Shown: positions 41,062-51,353 of the stretch, one piece after another
How the letters are laid out: each line of letters begins with the position of its first letter
Numbering within the stretch: position 1 is the stretch's first letter
Assembly (NCBI GenBank): GCA_048938895.1
Contig: JBHLLU010000010.1
Coordinates: 34,001 to 98,000 of the forward strand
Direction of reading: 5' to 3'
DNA length: 64,000 nucleotides
Source of the DNA: Promethearchaeota archaeon
GTDB lineage: Archaea; Asgardarchaeota; Lokiarchaeia; Sigyniarchaeales; SOKP01
The notes under the pieces: model-generated
Told to the model about the DNA's origin: nothing
Databases searched by the model: none
Seen by the model: the letters and a program-made list of their open reading frames with translations, nothing else
Made by a program: the position numbers and the translations under genes

Positions 41062-41736
41062 TTATAGGTTTATATCATATTTTAAATTTAGAGTTTTAAA
41101 TAAGGTTTTTAGAATATTGATACAAGGGATAGAGCACATAATGCAATTCAAATTAATTTCTGGTAGTGTAATTTTTGTTTGTATTATTATTAGAAAGTCT
41201 GAGGATCTAGAATATTTAGCAATTATTCCATTTAACATCGCTTGTAAAGTGTCAAGTGCTACAGTTGGGACATTAGGAATTAATTGAGTTGATAATAAAT
41301 CAGCTAACGCAGTAGTATAATGTCCAGTTAGAATATTGCCTATTTCTTTAATGATACTAAGAGAAATATCGTCTAGATCTTCAACTTTTACTATTTCTTC
41401 ATTAGGAATTTTTTGGTTAAAATTTAAAAGATTGATTAAATTAATGAGTGATTCTTTAGTGAATATTTGAATTATTGATAATTTTAAGTTGTAAGAAACC
41501 TCAGAATAAACCCCAAATACCTCAACTTGTGGTGTATCAAACACTTCAGGGACTTTCCAAAAGGGTATAATCTCCGCTGAAGTAAGAGATACTTCTATTT
41601 CACTATTAAGTAATTTTGAAAGAGCTGTGATTGCATGACCAGAACCAATATTTCCTAGTTCTTTTAGTGTATCTAATTGTTCTCTGGTTAATTTATATTC
41701 ATTTAGACGTACTAAATTTTTATTATTTTTATTCAT
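41062..41736 (-). CDS. cheC: CheC-family CheY-P phosphatase
   Basis: LKELGNIGSGHAITALS and IKEIGNILTGHY. Confidence 0.9.
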   Translation of the reverse strand: MNKNNKNLVRLNEYKLTREQLDTLKELGNIGSGHAITALSKLLNSEIEVSLTSAEIIPFWKVPEVFDTPQVEVFGVYSEVSYNLKLSIIQIFTKESLINLINLLNFNQKIPNEEIVKVEDLDDISLSIIKEIGNILTGHYTTALADLLSTQLIPNVPTVALDTLQAMLNGIIAKYSRSSDFLIIIQTKITLPEINLNCIMCSIPCINILKTLFKTLNLKYDINL

Positions 41737-41763
41737 CTTTTATTTCTCTTTTCTATTTGATTA

Positions 41764-42309
41764 CTATGAATAAACAAATTTACTAAAATCCTCTAATCCC
41801 GTTGATTTAAGATACAATGTAAGATCTTTAGAATCAAAGATTACGATTCTCCCTTTAGATCCCCCTGTATCTTCCTTTATAATTTCAATTTTCAATTTTT
41901 TCAATTCTTCTTTAATATATCCAATATTATCTATTCCTACTAAGTTATTATCTAAATCAAAAATTTTGGAGCCTCCTACAATTATTGCTTTTATTTGCTC
42001 ATATTTGGCACCACAATCTATTAATTCTTGCATTAAGAGCCTGGCAGATAAATTGGCATACTTATGAGGATAATTTATTACTTTTTTTGTAGCTTTGGGG
42101 AGTAGAATATGAGACATACCACAAATCTTATTTTTATAATCACAAAGAATTAATGCTATACAAGAACCTAACCCGTAAATAGAGAGTTTTGGGGAAACCT
42201 TACTTAACTTATACTTACCATTAATAATAGCATAATGACCTATTGGTAAATTAATTACCCCATCTTTACCAACCTCCTCAATTTTTCCTTTTTGGCACCT
42301 ATAGGTCAA
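41764..42309 (-). CDS. cheD: chemoreceptor glutamine deamidase CheD
   Basis: GLGSCIA, GMSHILLP, KYAN, GGSKIF, EDTGGSKGR. Confidence 0.92.
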   Translation of the reverse strand: MTYRCQKGKIEEVGKDGVINLPIGHYAIINGKYKLSKVSPKLSIYGLGSCIALILCDYKNKICGMSHILLPKATKKVINYPHKYANLSARLLMQELIDCGAKYEQIKAIIVGGSKIFDLDNNLVGIDNIGYIKEELKKLKIEIIKEDTGGSKGRIVIFDSKDLTLYLKSTGLEDFSKFVYS

Positions 42310-42326
42310 AATATATATACCTCTCT

Positions 42327-43472
42327 TTAATTATTAATATCGTTTGTAAATTTTTGAGCAAAATCAATCATTTCCCGACCAATTAAATAATTAGGAAGCA
42401 CAATTTTAGCTGCTCCTCTCTTAATAGCTGCTTTTGGCATACCATATACAATACAAGTTTCTTCGGATTCAACTATCGTTTTACCACCTGAATTTTTGAT
42501 TGCATCTAATCCTGCAGCTCCATCATCCCCCAATCCTGTCAAAAGTATACCCATTGCAGATTGTTTATAAATTTCTGCTACAGAAGAAAATAAAACATCA
42601 ACCGAGGGCATGCAAAAATTAACAGGTTTTCCTTTAAATATCTTAATAGATGGAGAATTATTTCTTAACACAACTTTCATGTGATTTCCACCAGGACTTA
42701 GGTATACCTTTCCAGATTCGATTTTTTCACCATCTACTGGGATTTTGATCTCAATATCACACACTTCATTCAATGATTTAGCAAACTGTTTCATAAAAAA
42801 GGCATCTAAATGTTGCACCATTAATATTGGGCAGGGGAAATTTCTTGGTATTGATCTTAAGATCGATTTTAGTGTTCTAGGTCCTCCGGTGCTGGTACCA
42901 ATTACTATAACATTCGATTTCAACTTTTTATTGTCTGGAAGAGCCGCTTTTAAGGATTTAATTGCAATTGAGTTGACAGATTCTTCAAAAATGTTCTTTT
43001 TTTCTGCCAAATTCGAGTTTAATTGAAAATCAATTGATTTTTTGATTAGATTATTTCGTTTCTCATAAGTTTTTTTTATTTTTCCAGCATATAAAATGCT
43101 TGAAACCAACTTCTTTTTAAATTTAGGAAATTCCTCTTCCCATAAACCACTAGGTTTTATGATAAAATCAAATGCACCAAGAAGTAAAGCTTGAACAGAA
43201 TTATCTAACGCTTCAAGTTGGAGTCCAGTAAAAACTATTGTTGGTATGGGATAGTGTTCTGAAAGGAACTTGAGAACAGACAAGCCATCAATTTCAGGCA
43301 TTATAAGATCTAATACAATTACATCAGGGTTATGATCACCGATCTTTTGGATTGCTTCTCTACCATTTCTGGCGATATCTATAACTTCAATTTCTTCATT
43401 AGATGATACCATTTCAGCAATTACCTTTCTTTGATATGCTGAATCCTCGGCAAGTAATACTCTTATTGGCAT
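42327..43472 (-). CDS. cheB: chemotaxis response regulator methylesterase CheB (copy 2)
   Basis: VLLAEDSAY, LDLIMP, GTSTGGP, VQH, PSVD, LTGLGDDG, YGMP. Confidence 0.93.
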   Translation of the reverse strand: MPIRVLLAEDSAYQRKVIAEMVSSNEEIEVIDIARNGREAIQKIGDHNPDVIVLDLIMPEIDGLSVLKFLSEHYPIPTIVFTGLQLEALDNSVQALLLGAFDFIIKPSGLWEEEFPKFKKKLVSSILYAGKIKKTYEKRNNLIKKSIDFQLNSNLAEKKNIFEESVNSIAIKSLKAALPDNKKLKSNVIVIGTSTGGPRTLKSILRSIPRNFPCPILMVQHLDAFFMKQFAKSLNEVCDIEIKIPVDGEKIESGKVYLSPGGNHMKVVLRNNSPSIKIFKGKPVNFCMPSVDVLFSSVAEIYKQSAMGILLTGLGDDGAAGLDAIKNSGGKTIVESEETCIVYGMPKAAIKRGAAKIVLPNYLIGREMIDFAQKFTNDINN

Positions 43473-43607
43473 TATCTGAAACTTATACTATTAATTTATT
43501 TTAAAATAAATTTAGTTTTGAGATGATAATTAATTCCTAAATATTCAGTTTGGAAGATAAAGCGTTCAACTATGTGAATATTTTTAATTTTAAACAATTT
43601 TTACTCA

Positions 43608-44156
43608 CTATCTTTCTAATATCTTTTCAATTTCGTTAAATCTTTGTTGTATATGTTCAATTGAATATTTGATGTGACTTTGCATTTCCTTTATTTCCAT
43701 TAGTATCTTTTTTATTCGAGATTTATCAGAATTTGATATTATCGTACTATCTTGAATTGAAGCTCTTGTATTAGATAGTGGTATTCTTGAATCGAATTCT
43801 AGTAAAGGTTCATTTTTGATTGAACTGTTTCTAGATTCTCCAGGATAAGTTAGATCAATCCTATTTTCTTTAATTTCTCGGTATATAACTCTGAAGTCAG
43901 ATGGTTCTAAACCTTGTTTTATTACTTCATATTTGAAATTATAGAATTTTTTTTTTGTTTTGAGTTTCCCAGCCCAATTAGCCGCCATATACCTATGAAA
44001 TAAACGAGAGTGACTGCCAGCCCAGATCCATATTAGTTTAATTTTCTTATCTATAATTAAGTATACTCCAGAAGGATCAAAAATCTTCTCTGGTTTTAAT
44101 TTTATGGTCTCTCCATCAACTTTATATATATAATCATAATAAGTTGTTTTTAGCAT
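43608..44156 (-). CDS. single gelsolin-repeat protein with C-terminal coiled coil
   Basis: FDPSGVYLIID...IWIWAGSHS...YMAANWAGKL...VIKQGLEPSDF matches the gelsolin repeat pattern; heptad tail. Confidence 0.75.
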   Translation of the reverse strand: MLKTTYYDYIYKVDGETIKLKPEKIFDPSGVYLIIDKKIKLIWIWAGSHSRLFHRYMAANWAGKLKTKKKFYNFKYEVIKQGLEPSDFRVIYREIKENRIDLTYPGESRNSSIKNEPLLEFDSRIPLSNTRASIQDSTIISNSDKSRIKKILMEIKEMQSHIKYSIEHIQQRFNEIEKILER

Positions 44157-44258
44157 TATTCATACATTCTTTTTTCTGGGCTTAATATTTTTTTTTCAAT
44201 ACCTTTCTTAAAATTGAAAAAAAAAATATAATAATTATATTTTTAGAAAAGAATAAAT

Positions 44259-46241
44259 TTAAGAGTAGAAATTTAACAGCGCGTCTAAGAGATTATGTAG
44301 AGTATCTAGACTTGGTATAAATAGAAATGTACCAACAATTTCAATGTCTTTAATAATGACACTTGTGGTTATTACTAAAGATAATTTCTTTAAAAGTCCA
44401 ATCTCTTCCTTTAAAATACTAAATAATCCGGTAGGCTTATCAACACTCATGTCAGGTGGTTCAGTCATTAAACGTATCCCTAATAAATCTCCTATAGCAC
44501 TAACATAATGACTTCCCAAAATATGTCCCAGTTCTGAAATCGCACTTTTATATAACTCTGGAAAATCGTCTGCTTTATTAATACTTTTTCTTAAATCGAT
44601 ATTCTTTTTATCAGGATCATCAACTATTATTGAAGTTATGTTAATTGCGTCTTTGATATTAAACATGGTAAGAACTGTAGCTCTAGTTTTTCCAATAATA
44701 TTACTCCAGGCAACTAGAAGCTTTTCATCTTTTGTACTTATTTTTTTAGCATAATCATCTAATTCTACCATCTCTACTGAAGGAATATTAATGTCAACTC
44801 TTTTATTAATCATTTGTGCTAATGCATTAGCTGCATTACCAGCACCTATATTTCCGACTTCTTGAAGTGCGTCCCTCTGGAGTTCTGTGAGTTTTAGTTT
44901 AGTAATATCTAAAATTTCTTGTTCTTGACTCTCTTCTAAACCACCAATTGAGAATTCTTGATCAATACCGAGTTTAGTAAAAAATATTTTTAATGTCTTA
45001 ATATCTGGTATAAAGAAGAAAATCCCTTTTAATTTCAAATCCGAGACTTTCACTGAAGTTTTAATTATTATTATTACATCGGCAATTGATTTGAGTTCTT
45101 GAGAAAGAAATTCACCTAACTCACCAGCATTACTCATTGCAAACTCAGGTATATCAATCATCAATTTCGTCTCTAATAAATCTGCCAAGGCAGATGCATA
45201 ATGACCTGCCATGATATTACCCATTTCAGTAATTGTTGAAACTGCAAAGTCATCAAGATCTTCTTTTGATGTTACCTTATTAGGATCTAATTTTGATTTT
45301 TTTCCTGCTAAGGATGCGATTAATTTCATTAAAGGTTTCATTTCGAAAATATTTAAGATTGTAGATTGAGAAGGCTCATCAATATGACAAAAAATACCGC
45401 ATACTCTCTCTTTAGGTCCCCCGAACTGATCTGCTAATTGATCAAAAGAAATTATTCCTACATCTGTTAGAGTGACATCAATTTTCTTCTTAATTAACCT
45501 AGATAGGGCTGTAACTGCATTTCCTGTTCCAATATTTCCCATTTCTTTGAGGATATCCTTTTGATCAGCTGATAAAATTAAATTATCCGTATCAGGTATT
45601 TTTGATAAATGTGATTTTTTCACATGTGTTTGAGGGAGAATAACAGTAGACTCTGTATGACTTATTTCTTTTTTCTTAGGCTCACTCAGTGTTTTAGGCA
45701 CAACTTTAGGTTTTTGAGGGATTATTGAAATTTTTTCAATCTTTTCTTCTTTTTTCCTTTCTGTAATTTTTGTATATGGTTGGATCAATGTGTTTAAATC
45801 TAATAGAATAAGTACTTCATCTTGAAAAACTCCTGTCAGTTTTATAAATTTAAAATCTATATTTGTTTTTATAATAGCCCCTTGTTGTTTAAAAATTGAA
45901 ATTGGAAATTCTCTTACACCGATTACAGAATCTACTAATAAAGCAATACGAAGATCACCCCATTCCAAAAGTAATATCCTTGAATGATTATTTAAACCAT
46001 AATCTATACTATCTGAACAAATATTATGTCTTAAAGAAATAATAGAATAAATTTCTCCCCTTATATTTATAACTCCAACAATAGATTTATCTGATAATGG
46101 TACGGGGATAATTGTATCTCCAGGCACATATATCTCTTTCACCTTTTCAACTTCAATGAGATATTTCTCACTTTTTATTTCTATTATAACAGCAGTTAAA
46201 TTTTCTCCATATTCCAGATTTTCATATTCACTTTCTATCAT
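44259..46241 (-). CDS. CheW-CheC-CheC fusion protein
   Basis: N-terminal CheW (VKEI, VPLS, GVINIRGEI, ALLVDSV), K/E/P-rich linker, then four CheC motifs (EMGNI, EMGNI, EVGNI, ELGHI). Confidence 0.88.
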   Translation of the reverse strand: MIESEYENLEYGENLTAVIIEIKSEKYLIEVEKVKEIYVPGDTIIPVPLSDKSIVGVINIRGEIYSIISLRHNICSDSIDYGLNNHSRILLLEWGDLRIALLVDSVIGVREFPISIFKQQGAIIKTNIDFKFIKLTGVFQDEVLILLDLNTLIQPYTKITERKKEEKIEKISIIPQKPKVVPKTLSEPKKKEISHTESTVILPQTHVKKSHLSKIPDTDNLILSADQKDILKEMGNIGTGNAVTALSRLIKKKIDVTLTDVGIISFDQLADQFGGPKERVCGIFCHIDEPSQSTILNIFEMKPLMKLIASLAGKKSKLDPNKVTSKEDLDDFAVSTITEMGNIMAGHYASALADLLETKLMIDIPEFAMSNAGELGEFLSQELKSIADVIIIIKTSVKVSDLKLKGIFFFIPDIKTLKIFFTKLGIDQEFSIGGLEESQEQEILDITKLKLTELQRDALQEVGNIGAGNAANALAQMINKRVDINIPSVEMVELDDYAKKISTKDEKLLVAWSNIIGKTRATVLTMFNIKDAINITSIIVDDPDKKNIDLRKSINKADDFPELYKSAISELGHILGSHYVSAIGDLLGIRLMTEPPDMSVDKPTGLFSILKEEIGLLKKLSLVITTSVIIKDIEIVGTFLFIPSLDTLHNLLDALLNFYS

Positions 46242-46272
46242 AATTTTTACCTTTTTCTATTTCCTCCGTTTA

Positions 46273-47124
46273 TTATTTCATCATAATTCCTTTCCAAACT
46301 AATTCTATCTCAGAATTATCTTCAGAAGCTTCAGTAAAAAAATCTGATTGTTTAAAAATTGAAATTTGACCCCCATTTGAATTTTGATATACATAATTTA
46401 ATAAGTCCTCAGAGCTTGTAAAGTTAAATCCTGCTAATTTTAATTCTGAATTATTGATAATTAAAAGATCTTCTCTGTTAAAAGAAAGATTTTCTTCAAT
46501 CCATTCAATCCACAACTCTGGAGTTATTTCTATATTATCAATCTTGATAGCTTCATCAATAGGTATATTTCTGAATGATTTACCTGCCGGAAAAATAATT
46601 CTATTTGGATTTAAATTTTCCTTCTTCACGTATTCGCTAATTTCTTTTAGTGAGTTTTTAAAACTATTCAATTCTAAAATATCATGACATGAAACAATTA
46701 TTTTTTCTTTTTCCTCTGTATCAAGAATAAAATCAATTGAATTTGCAAATTGGTTATTAATACTGATAGTTTTAATATTAAGCCCTAAATGATATTTAAG
46801 GTATTGATAAAATCGCCATTTAACTGCTAATTTATCGTTTATTTCCCTGCTGATAAAGATTTGAAAGAGTATTTTTCTTTGAGGCTCATCCAATTTTGAT
46901 AAATCTGCATATTTCTTACTGTCATTTCCTATTATATCAAATTTCATTGCAGATTTAGAGCTCGTTGCCTTAGATCCTTTATCTTTTTTATTAGATATAG
47001 TCTCTAAATCTCTTAAAAAATGATCGAATTCACTAACTGTGAATTTTGGCAGAATTTGTTCAATCAGATAGGTTATATATTCTTTTGATTTGTCTTGTAT
47101 TGTTTCATAAAACTGTAAATTCAT
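46273..47124 (-). CDS. hypothetical protein in che cluster, possible degenerate PD-(D/E)xK fold
   Basis: SIDFILD...IIVSCH resembles ID...ECK without the catalytic residues; GGAGG upstream. Confidence 0.6.
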   Translation of the reverse strand: MNLQFYETIQDKSKEYITYLIEQILPKFTVSEFDHFLRDLETISNKKDKGSKATSSKSAMKFDIIGNDSKKYADLSKLDEPQRKILFQIFISREINDKLAVKWRFYQYLKYHLGLNIKTISINNQFANSIDFILDTEEKEKIIVSCHDILELNSFKNSLKEISEYVKKENLNPNRIIFPAGKSFRNIPIDEAIKIDNIEITPELWIEWIEENLSFNREDLLIINNSELKLAGFNFTSSEDLLNYVYQNSNGGQISIFKQSDFFTEASEDNSEIELVWKGIMMK

Positions 47125-47173
47125 TATAATTCCTCCGATTTTTTTCTAGTAATTTTTGTTCTTTTTTTTTAAT

Positions 47174-49177
47174 TTATCCAATAAAAAACGATTCTAATTC
47201 TGAAAATTTAATCTCTTTTCCGGTTATATTTTTTAAATAGTACATTATCTCTCTTTCTTGATATGGTTGTAGAGTTTCAAGATTGAAAGATATTTTCCGT
47301 TCTCCTGATTTATCAGGTTTACTAAGTTTATATTCTAAATTTGAAGAAACTAATTCAAATGAATCTGGAAATGCATCAGTAATATTCACATCAGTTAATT
47401 TTATGTTAGAACCATTTGTTACAGTTATGTAAATTGCAAATTCATTAATATCCCTCCCAGGGAAAATCTCCTTTCCCGTCATTAACTTTCGGCGTTTATG
47501 AGTAATTTTAAGGGAAGATTTGTCAATATTATCAACTGCATCATTTATAACATAGTAATCTTTAGAATCTGCGTCAAAGAATTTCATATAATAAGATTTA
47601 ATCTCTATTGGAAAGTTATATTCTTTTTCATAATCTGGTGTTACTGCTGTTAAAGGGTATTTTACTTCTAAAAAGTCATCTACTCCAATCAAAACACTCC
47701 CATGATTAGTTTCTAAATTAAGATTCAATTCTAAAATATGATCATGAGCGGGATCATCATCATTGGGACTAATTTTTATTGAGATATCTTCAAGTTTTAT
47801 TTCACCCGAAGAATTTAAAAATTGAAAATATGAAATTTCCTTTGGGGGTAAAAAATCTGCAGGTATTCTTTCTTGAGTAATAATACCTTTTATTGGTAGA
47901 GTACCTTGATTCTTTACTATAAATTCTGTTTTTACTTTTGCTTCTTCAAATGACTTTATTTCACGTTCTTCAATATTCTTCTTGATCAAGGCATTAACTA
48001 CTTTAAATAAGTTATCTTCTACTAGCACAGTAATCATAGAATTTTTCTCAACTTTGTAATCCACTGAATATTCAACCTTTCTAGAGAAAGTTGGTTCTCT
48101 TTCATCTTGATAGTCAATATGTTCAGTCGTATAACTCTCATTGGGGACTATTTTTATCTCTCTTTCACTCAAATCTAATTCTAGCAACTTTTCTTTTTTG
48201 GATTTATCCATAATAAGAATTGAATTTAATTTCATCTTAAAATCACTATGATTTTCGAATACTAGAGAACAGTCCCAGTGATTAGGGTTATGTTCTTTTT
48301 CTGTTTTTCTAATTGCATGCATAGCGTGTGAATAAGCAGAGAAATGTTCAATTTCTACTTCTGATATGGTTTGATTCTTTAAATTGAATGAAATCTCTAT
48401 TCTCCCTGTTCTAATATCTTCTTTCCTTTTCGGAAATATATTTGCATGAAGAATTAATTCTACATGCTCCCCAGGATTTAGGTTTTTGATAGGGATCTCG
48501 ATATAATTATTAGTAATTTCAATATCTTTACTCAACCCTCCCTCAAATTCCAAATCATAGAAGTTATTTAAAAAATATTTCTTTAATTTCACATTTTCCA
48601 AAATTGTGGAAGAAACATTTTCAATATATATAGAAAATTTGACTTTATTTTCTCTTCCTAAAAGTAACATATAATTTTTTTGAGATGATTTATTTGATTC
48701 ATCAAAACTATCAAGTTTCACATAATCGATATCTTTACTCAAATTTTCTATATCTTCATTTACGGATATTATATCAGGTAAGATTTCTGAATTTACGATT
48801 TCATATTTTAGAATTTTATTTGAATTAGGTTCAAAGATTCCTAAATGCATTCCTTTTTCAGAATCTTGTTTATCAAATTGAGTACCTGTAAATTTTATAA
48901 AAGTATCCCAGATTCTATCCTTTAGCGAGTTATTAAACACAACTATGTTCCCATAACCAGCTAATGTTTTCCTGGTCTTATTATTTTGATAATGATACTC
49001 TAAAAATTCTTCATTAAGTATTAGTATCTCTGACATGGAACCAAGTGAGCTTGAATCTATTTTCTTCTCTCTCTCTTTTATTTGTACCATTTTCCCTACT
49101 TCTCTTATTGGCATACCAAGAAAACTTGAGCTATTACTTAACTTTAATTTGTCTTGGTTAACCTTCTTAAAACCCAT
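47174..49177 (-). CDS. cytoplasmic protein with about 5 tandem Ig-like beta-sandwich domains
   Basis: Repeated strand-N motifs (IVVFNN, IYIENV, LVFENH, FIVKNQG, ITVTNGS...TDAFP); no signal peptide or TM. Confidence 0.65.
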   Translation of the reverse strand: MGFKKVNQDKLKLSNSSSFLGMPIREVGKMVQIKEREKKIDSSSLGSMSEILILNEEFLEYHYQNNKTRKTLAGYGNIVVFNNSLKDRIWDTFIKFTGTQFDKQDSEKGMHLGIFEPNSNKILKYEIVNSEILPDIISVNEDIENLSKDIDYVKLDSFDESNKSSQKNYMLLLGRENKVKFSIYIENVSSTILENVKLKKYFLNNFYDLEFEGGLSKDIEITNNYIEIPIKNLNPGEHVELILHANIFPKRKEDIRTGRIEISFNLKNQTISEVEIEHFSAYSHAMHAIRKTEKEHNPNHWDCSLVFENHSDFKMKLNSILIMDKSKKEKLLELDLSEREIKIVPNESYTTEHIDYQDEREPTFSRKVEYSVDYKVEKNSMITVLVEDNLFKVVNALIKKNIEEREIKSFEEAKVKTEFIVKNQGTLPIKGIITQERIPADFLPPKEISYFQFLNSSGEIKLEDISIKISPNDDDPAHDHILELNLNLETNHGSVLIGVDDFLEVKYPLTAVTPDYEKEYNFPIEIKSYYMKFFDADSKDYYVINDAVDNIDKSSLKITHKRRKLMTGKEIFPGRDINEFAIYITVTNGSNIKLTDVNITDAFPDSFELVSSNLEYKLSKPDKSGERKISFNLETLQPYQEREIMYYLKNITGKEIKFSELESFFIG

Positions 49178-49240
49178 TTCATTTTCCTCCGAATTTTTAT
49201 TAATTCTGTAAAATTTTTGATTATTTTTATAAAAAAACCT

Positions 49241-51325
49241 CTAATTAATTTTATTTATCATAGATATCTCGTATTCTGATGATTGTTCTGATATAATGTT
49301 CAACACATCTAAGATGAGACAAATTGAACCTTCACCTGTAATAGTAGATCCCAAAATATCTCGAGAGTCGGAATAACCTGAGGCAAATGGTTTAACAACT
49401 ACATCTAATTGTTGAAGTTGTTTATCTGCAACCAGGATTGCCGACTGATTATCATCCTTTTGACACCATATTGCTACTCGTTTAAATGAATTTTCATCAT
49501 TTAGTTCCACCATTCTTAGGTGTTGGTCTAGATTTATTACAGGTATTAATTTTGAATCTACTTTATAGTATTGTTTACCCTCAATGTATTCTACATTATT
49601 CTGATTGAAAAAGTATATCTGTTTTATATTCTCTGTTGGAATCGCAAATAAATCCTGTGAGACTTGTATTAGTTGAGCCCTTAGAATTGCCCTTGTAAAT
49701 GGCACCACAAGAGTAAATTTGGTTCCACTATTTTCTTGTGATTCTATAAGGAAATCTCCACCTAATTCTTTTATTTTTTCTGCTACTATAGCTAATCCCA
49801 TACCTCTTCCTGAAATAATATCAGCATCACTTAAGGTTGAGAATCCTGGCATTAGTATAAATTTATTCAGGGCTTCATTAGTAAACTCTTTAACTTCATT
49901 AGAATCATAATAGCCTTTATCAATAATCTTTTGTCTAACATTATCATAATCAATCCCACTTCCATCATCTTCTACTTCAATATATATGGATCCTGCTTTT
50001 CTATAAGTTTTCAGTCTCAAAATTCCTAATTCATTCTTACCTTTTTTCTTTCTCTCTTTTGGTAATTCAATTCCATGATATATAGCATTTCGTATTAAAT
50101 GAACCAGCGGAGAATTTAGTTCTTCTAATATTTTTCTGTCAATCTCTACATTCGTCCCTTGTAATATTAGTCGTAATTTTTTCCCTGTTTCATTTGCTAC
50201 ATCTCGGACAAGTCTTTTATACTTTCTGAAAGTTGAATCGACTCTTACCAATTTCAAATTAAAAAGAATTTCTTGAATATCCAAAAAAGGTTTATCCATT
50301 TTATCAAAAAGCCTGTTAATTGCTCTATCTTGTCTATCTTTTAAAAGCTGGCTTATGTGATTTTTCATTATTACTAATTCCCCAAAATAATTCATTAGTT
50401 CCTCTAATTTTTCAATGTTAACTTTGACACTCGTTATCTTTACATTTTCATCAGAATAATCTTCTACAATATTAGTTACTCGGTCAAACCCTTCATCAAT
50501 GACTTCTACTTCATATAAACTTTCTTCTTCAGATTCATGACTCGTAGTTTCTACTTGTTCCCTCTCCCATTTAGTCTTTAGATCAGCAATTATATCTCTA
50601 AATTCTTGTGGTTTCATTGTAGAAATAACAATATTCTCAATTTCCAAAATTTCATCTAAAATATGTGATATTTCGGACTTATTAGCTTGACTGATGTAAA
50701 AGATTTCAAATTCATTTTTCAAAATTGCTTTTTCTAAAGATTCTGGAGCGGGATTGGTCCAACATATCTGCCCTTTTCCATTCAAAGCCCGGAATATAAT
50801 AAAAAGTCTTACTTTTTTAAATACACAGGTATCTTCTAAACGAATATAAATTTTATAGGGCTTCCTCTGATTATCCTCTAATATCTTTATAATTTCTTCA
50901 GTAGAAATTGGTTGGATAAAAGTTATATCATACTCTACTTCAAAAGTATCAAAACTTCCTTTTATATCATCAACAAATTTACTATCAATATCTGATAAAT
51001 CTCCTGCTTTAACTTTTTTTAAGACATTCCGAAGTACATCTAAACTCTCAAAAAGCATATTAATAAAATCTGTACGCTTTTTTGGTGATACTTTTTTATC
51101 TTTTGTATTATCTAAAAAGGTTTCAAAGTGATGACAAAATTTTGAAAGATTTTCAAATCCTGCCATAGCAGTGAGTCCCTTTAGAGTGTGAAATGTAAAA
51201 AAAAGTTCCTGAATGGGTTTAGGATTTTCTGGATTTTCCTCTAAATTAAGAATCTCATCCTCTGTCTTCTGAATAAGATCTTCTGATTCACTTATGAAAA
51301 GTTTAATATCGTCGTTAGATGCCAC
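49241..51325 (-). CDS. cheA: chemotaxis histidine kinase CheA
   Basis: HPt FHTLKG, P2 region, LVHLIRNAIYHGIE, DDGSGID, GFST, GRGMGL, C-terminal CheW-like domain. Confidence 0.96.
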   Translation of the reverse strand: MASNDDIKLFISESEDLIQKTEDEILNLEENPENPKPIQELFFTFHTLKGLTAMAGFENLSKFCHHFETFLDNTKDKKVSPKKRTDFINMLFESLDVLRNVLKKVKAGDLSDIDSKFVDDIKGSFDTFEVEYDITFIQPISTEEIIKILEDNQRKPYKIYIRLEDTCVFKKVRLFIIFRALNGKGQICWTNPAPESLEKAILKNEFEIFYISQANKSEISHILDEILEIENIVISTMKPQEFRDIIADLKTKWEREQVETTSHESEEESLYEVEVIDEGFDRVTNIVEDYSDENVKITSVKVNIEKLEELMNYFGELVIMKNHISQLLKDRQDRAINRLFDKMDKPFLDIQEILFNLKLVRVDSTFRKYKRLVRDVANETGKKLRLILQGTNVEIDRKILEELNSPLVHLIRNAIYHGIELPKERKKKGKNELGILRLKTYRKAGSIYIEVEDDGSGIDYDNVRQKIIDKGYYDSNEVKEFTNEALNKFILMPGFSTLSDADIISGRGMGLAIVAEKIKELGGDFLIESQENSGTKFTLVVPFTRAILRAQLIQVSQDLFAIPTENIKQIYFFNQNNVEYIEGKQYYKVDSKLIPVINLDQHLRMVELNDENSFKRVAIWCQKDDNQSAILVADKQLQQLDVVVKPFASGYSDSRDILGSTITGEGSICLILDVLNIISEQSSEYEISMINKIN

Positions 51326-51353
51326 ATAATCACCCCATTATTTAACAAATTTA

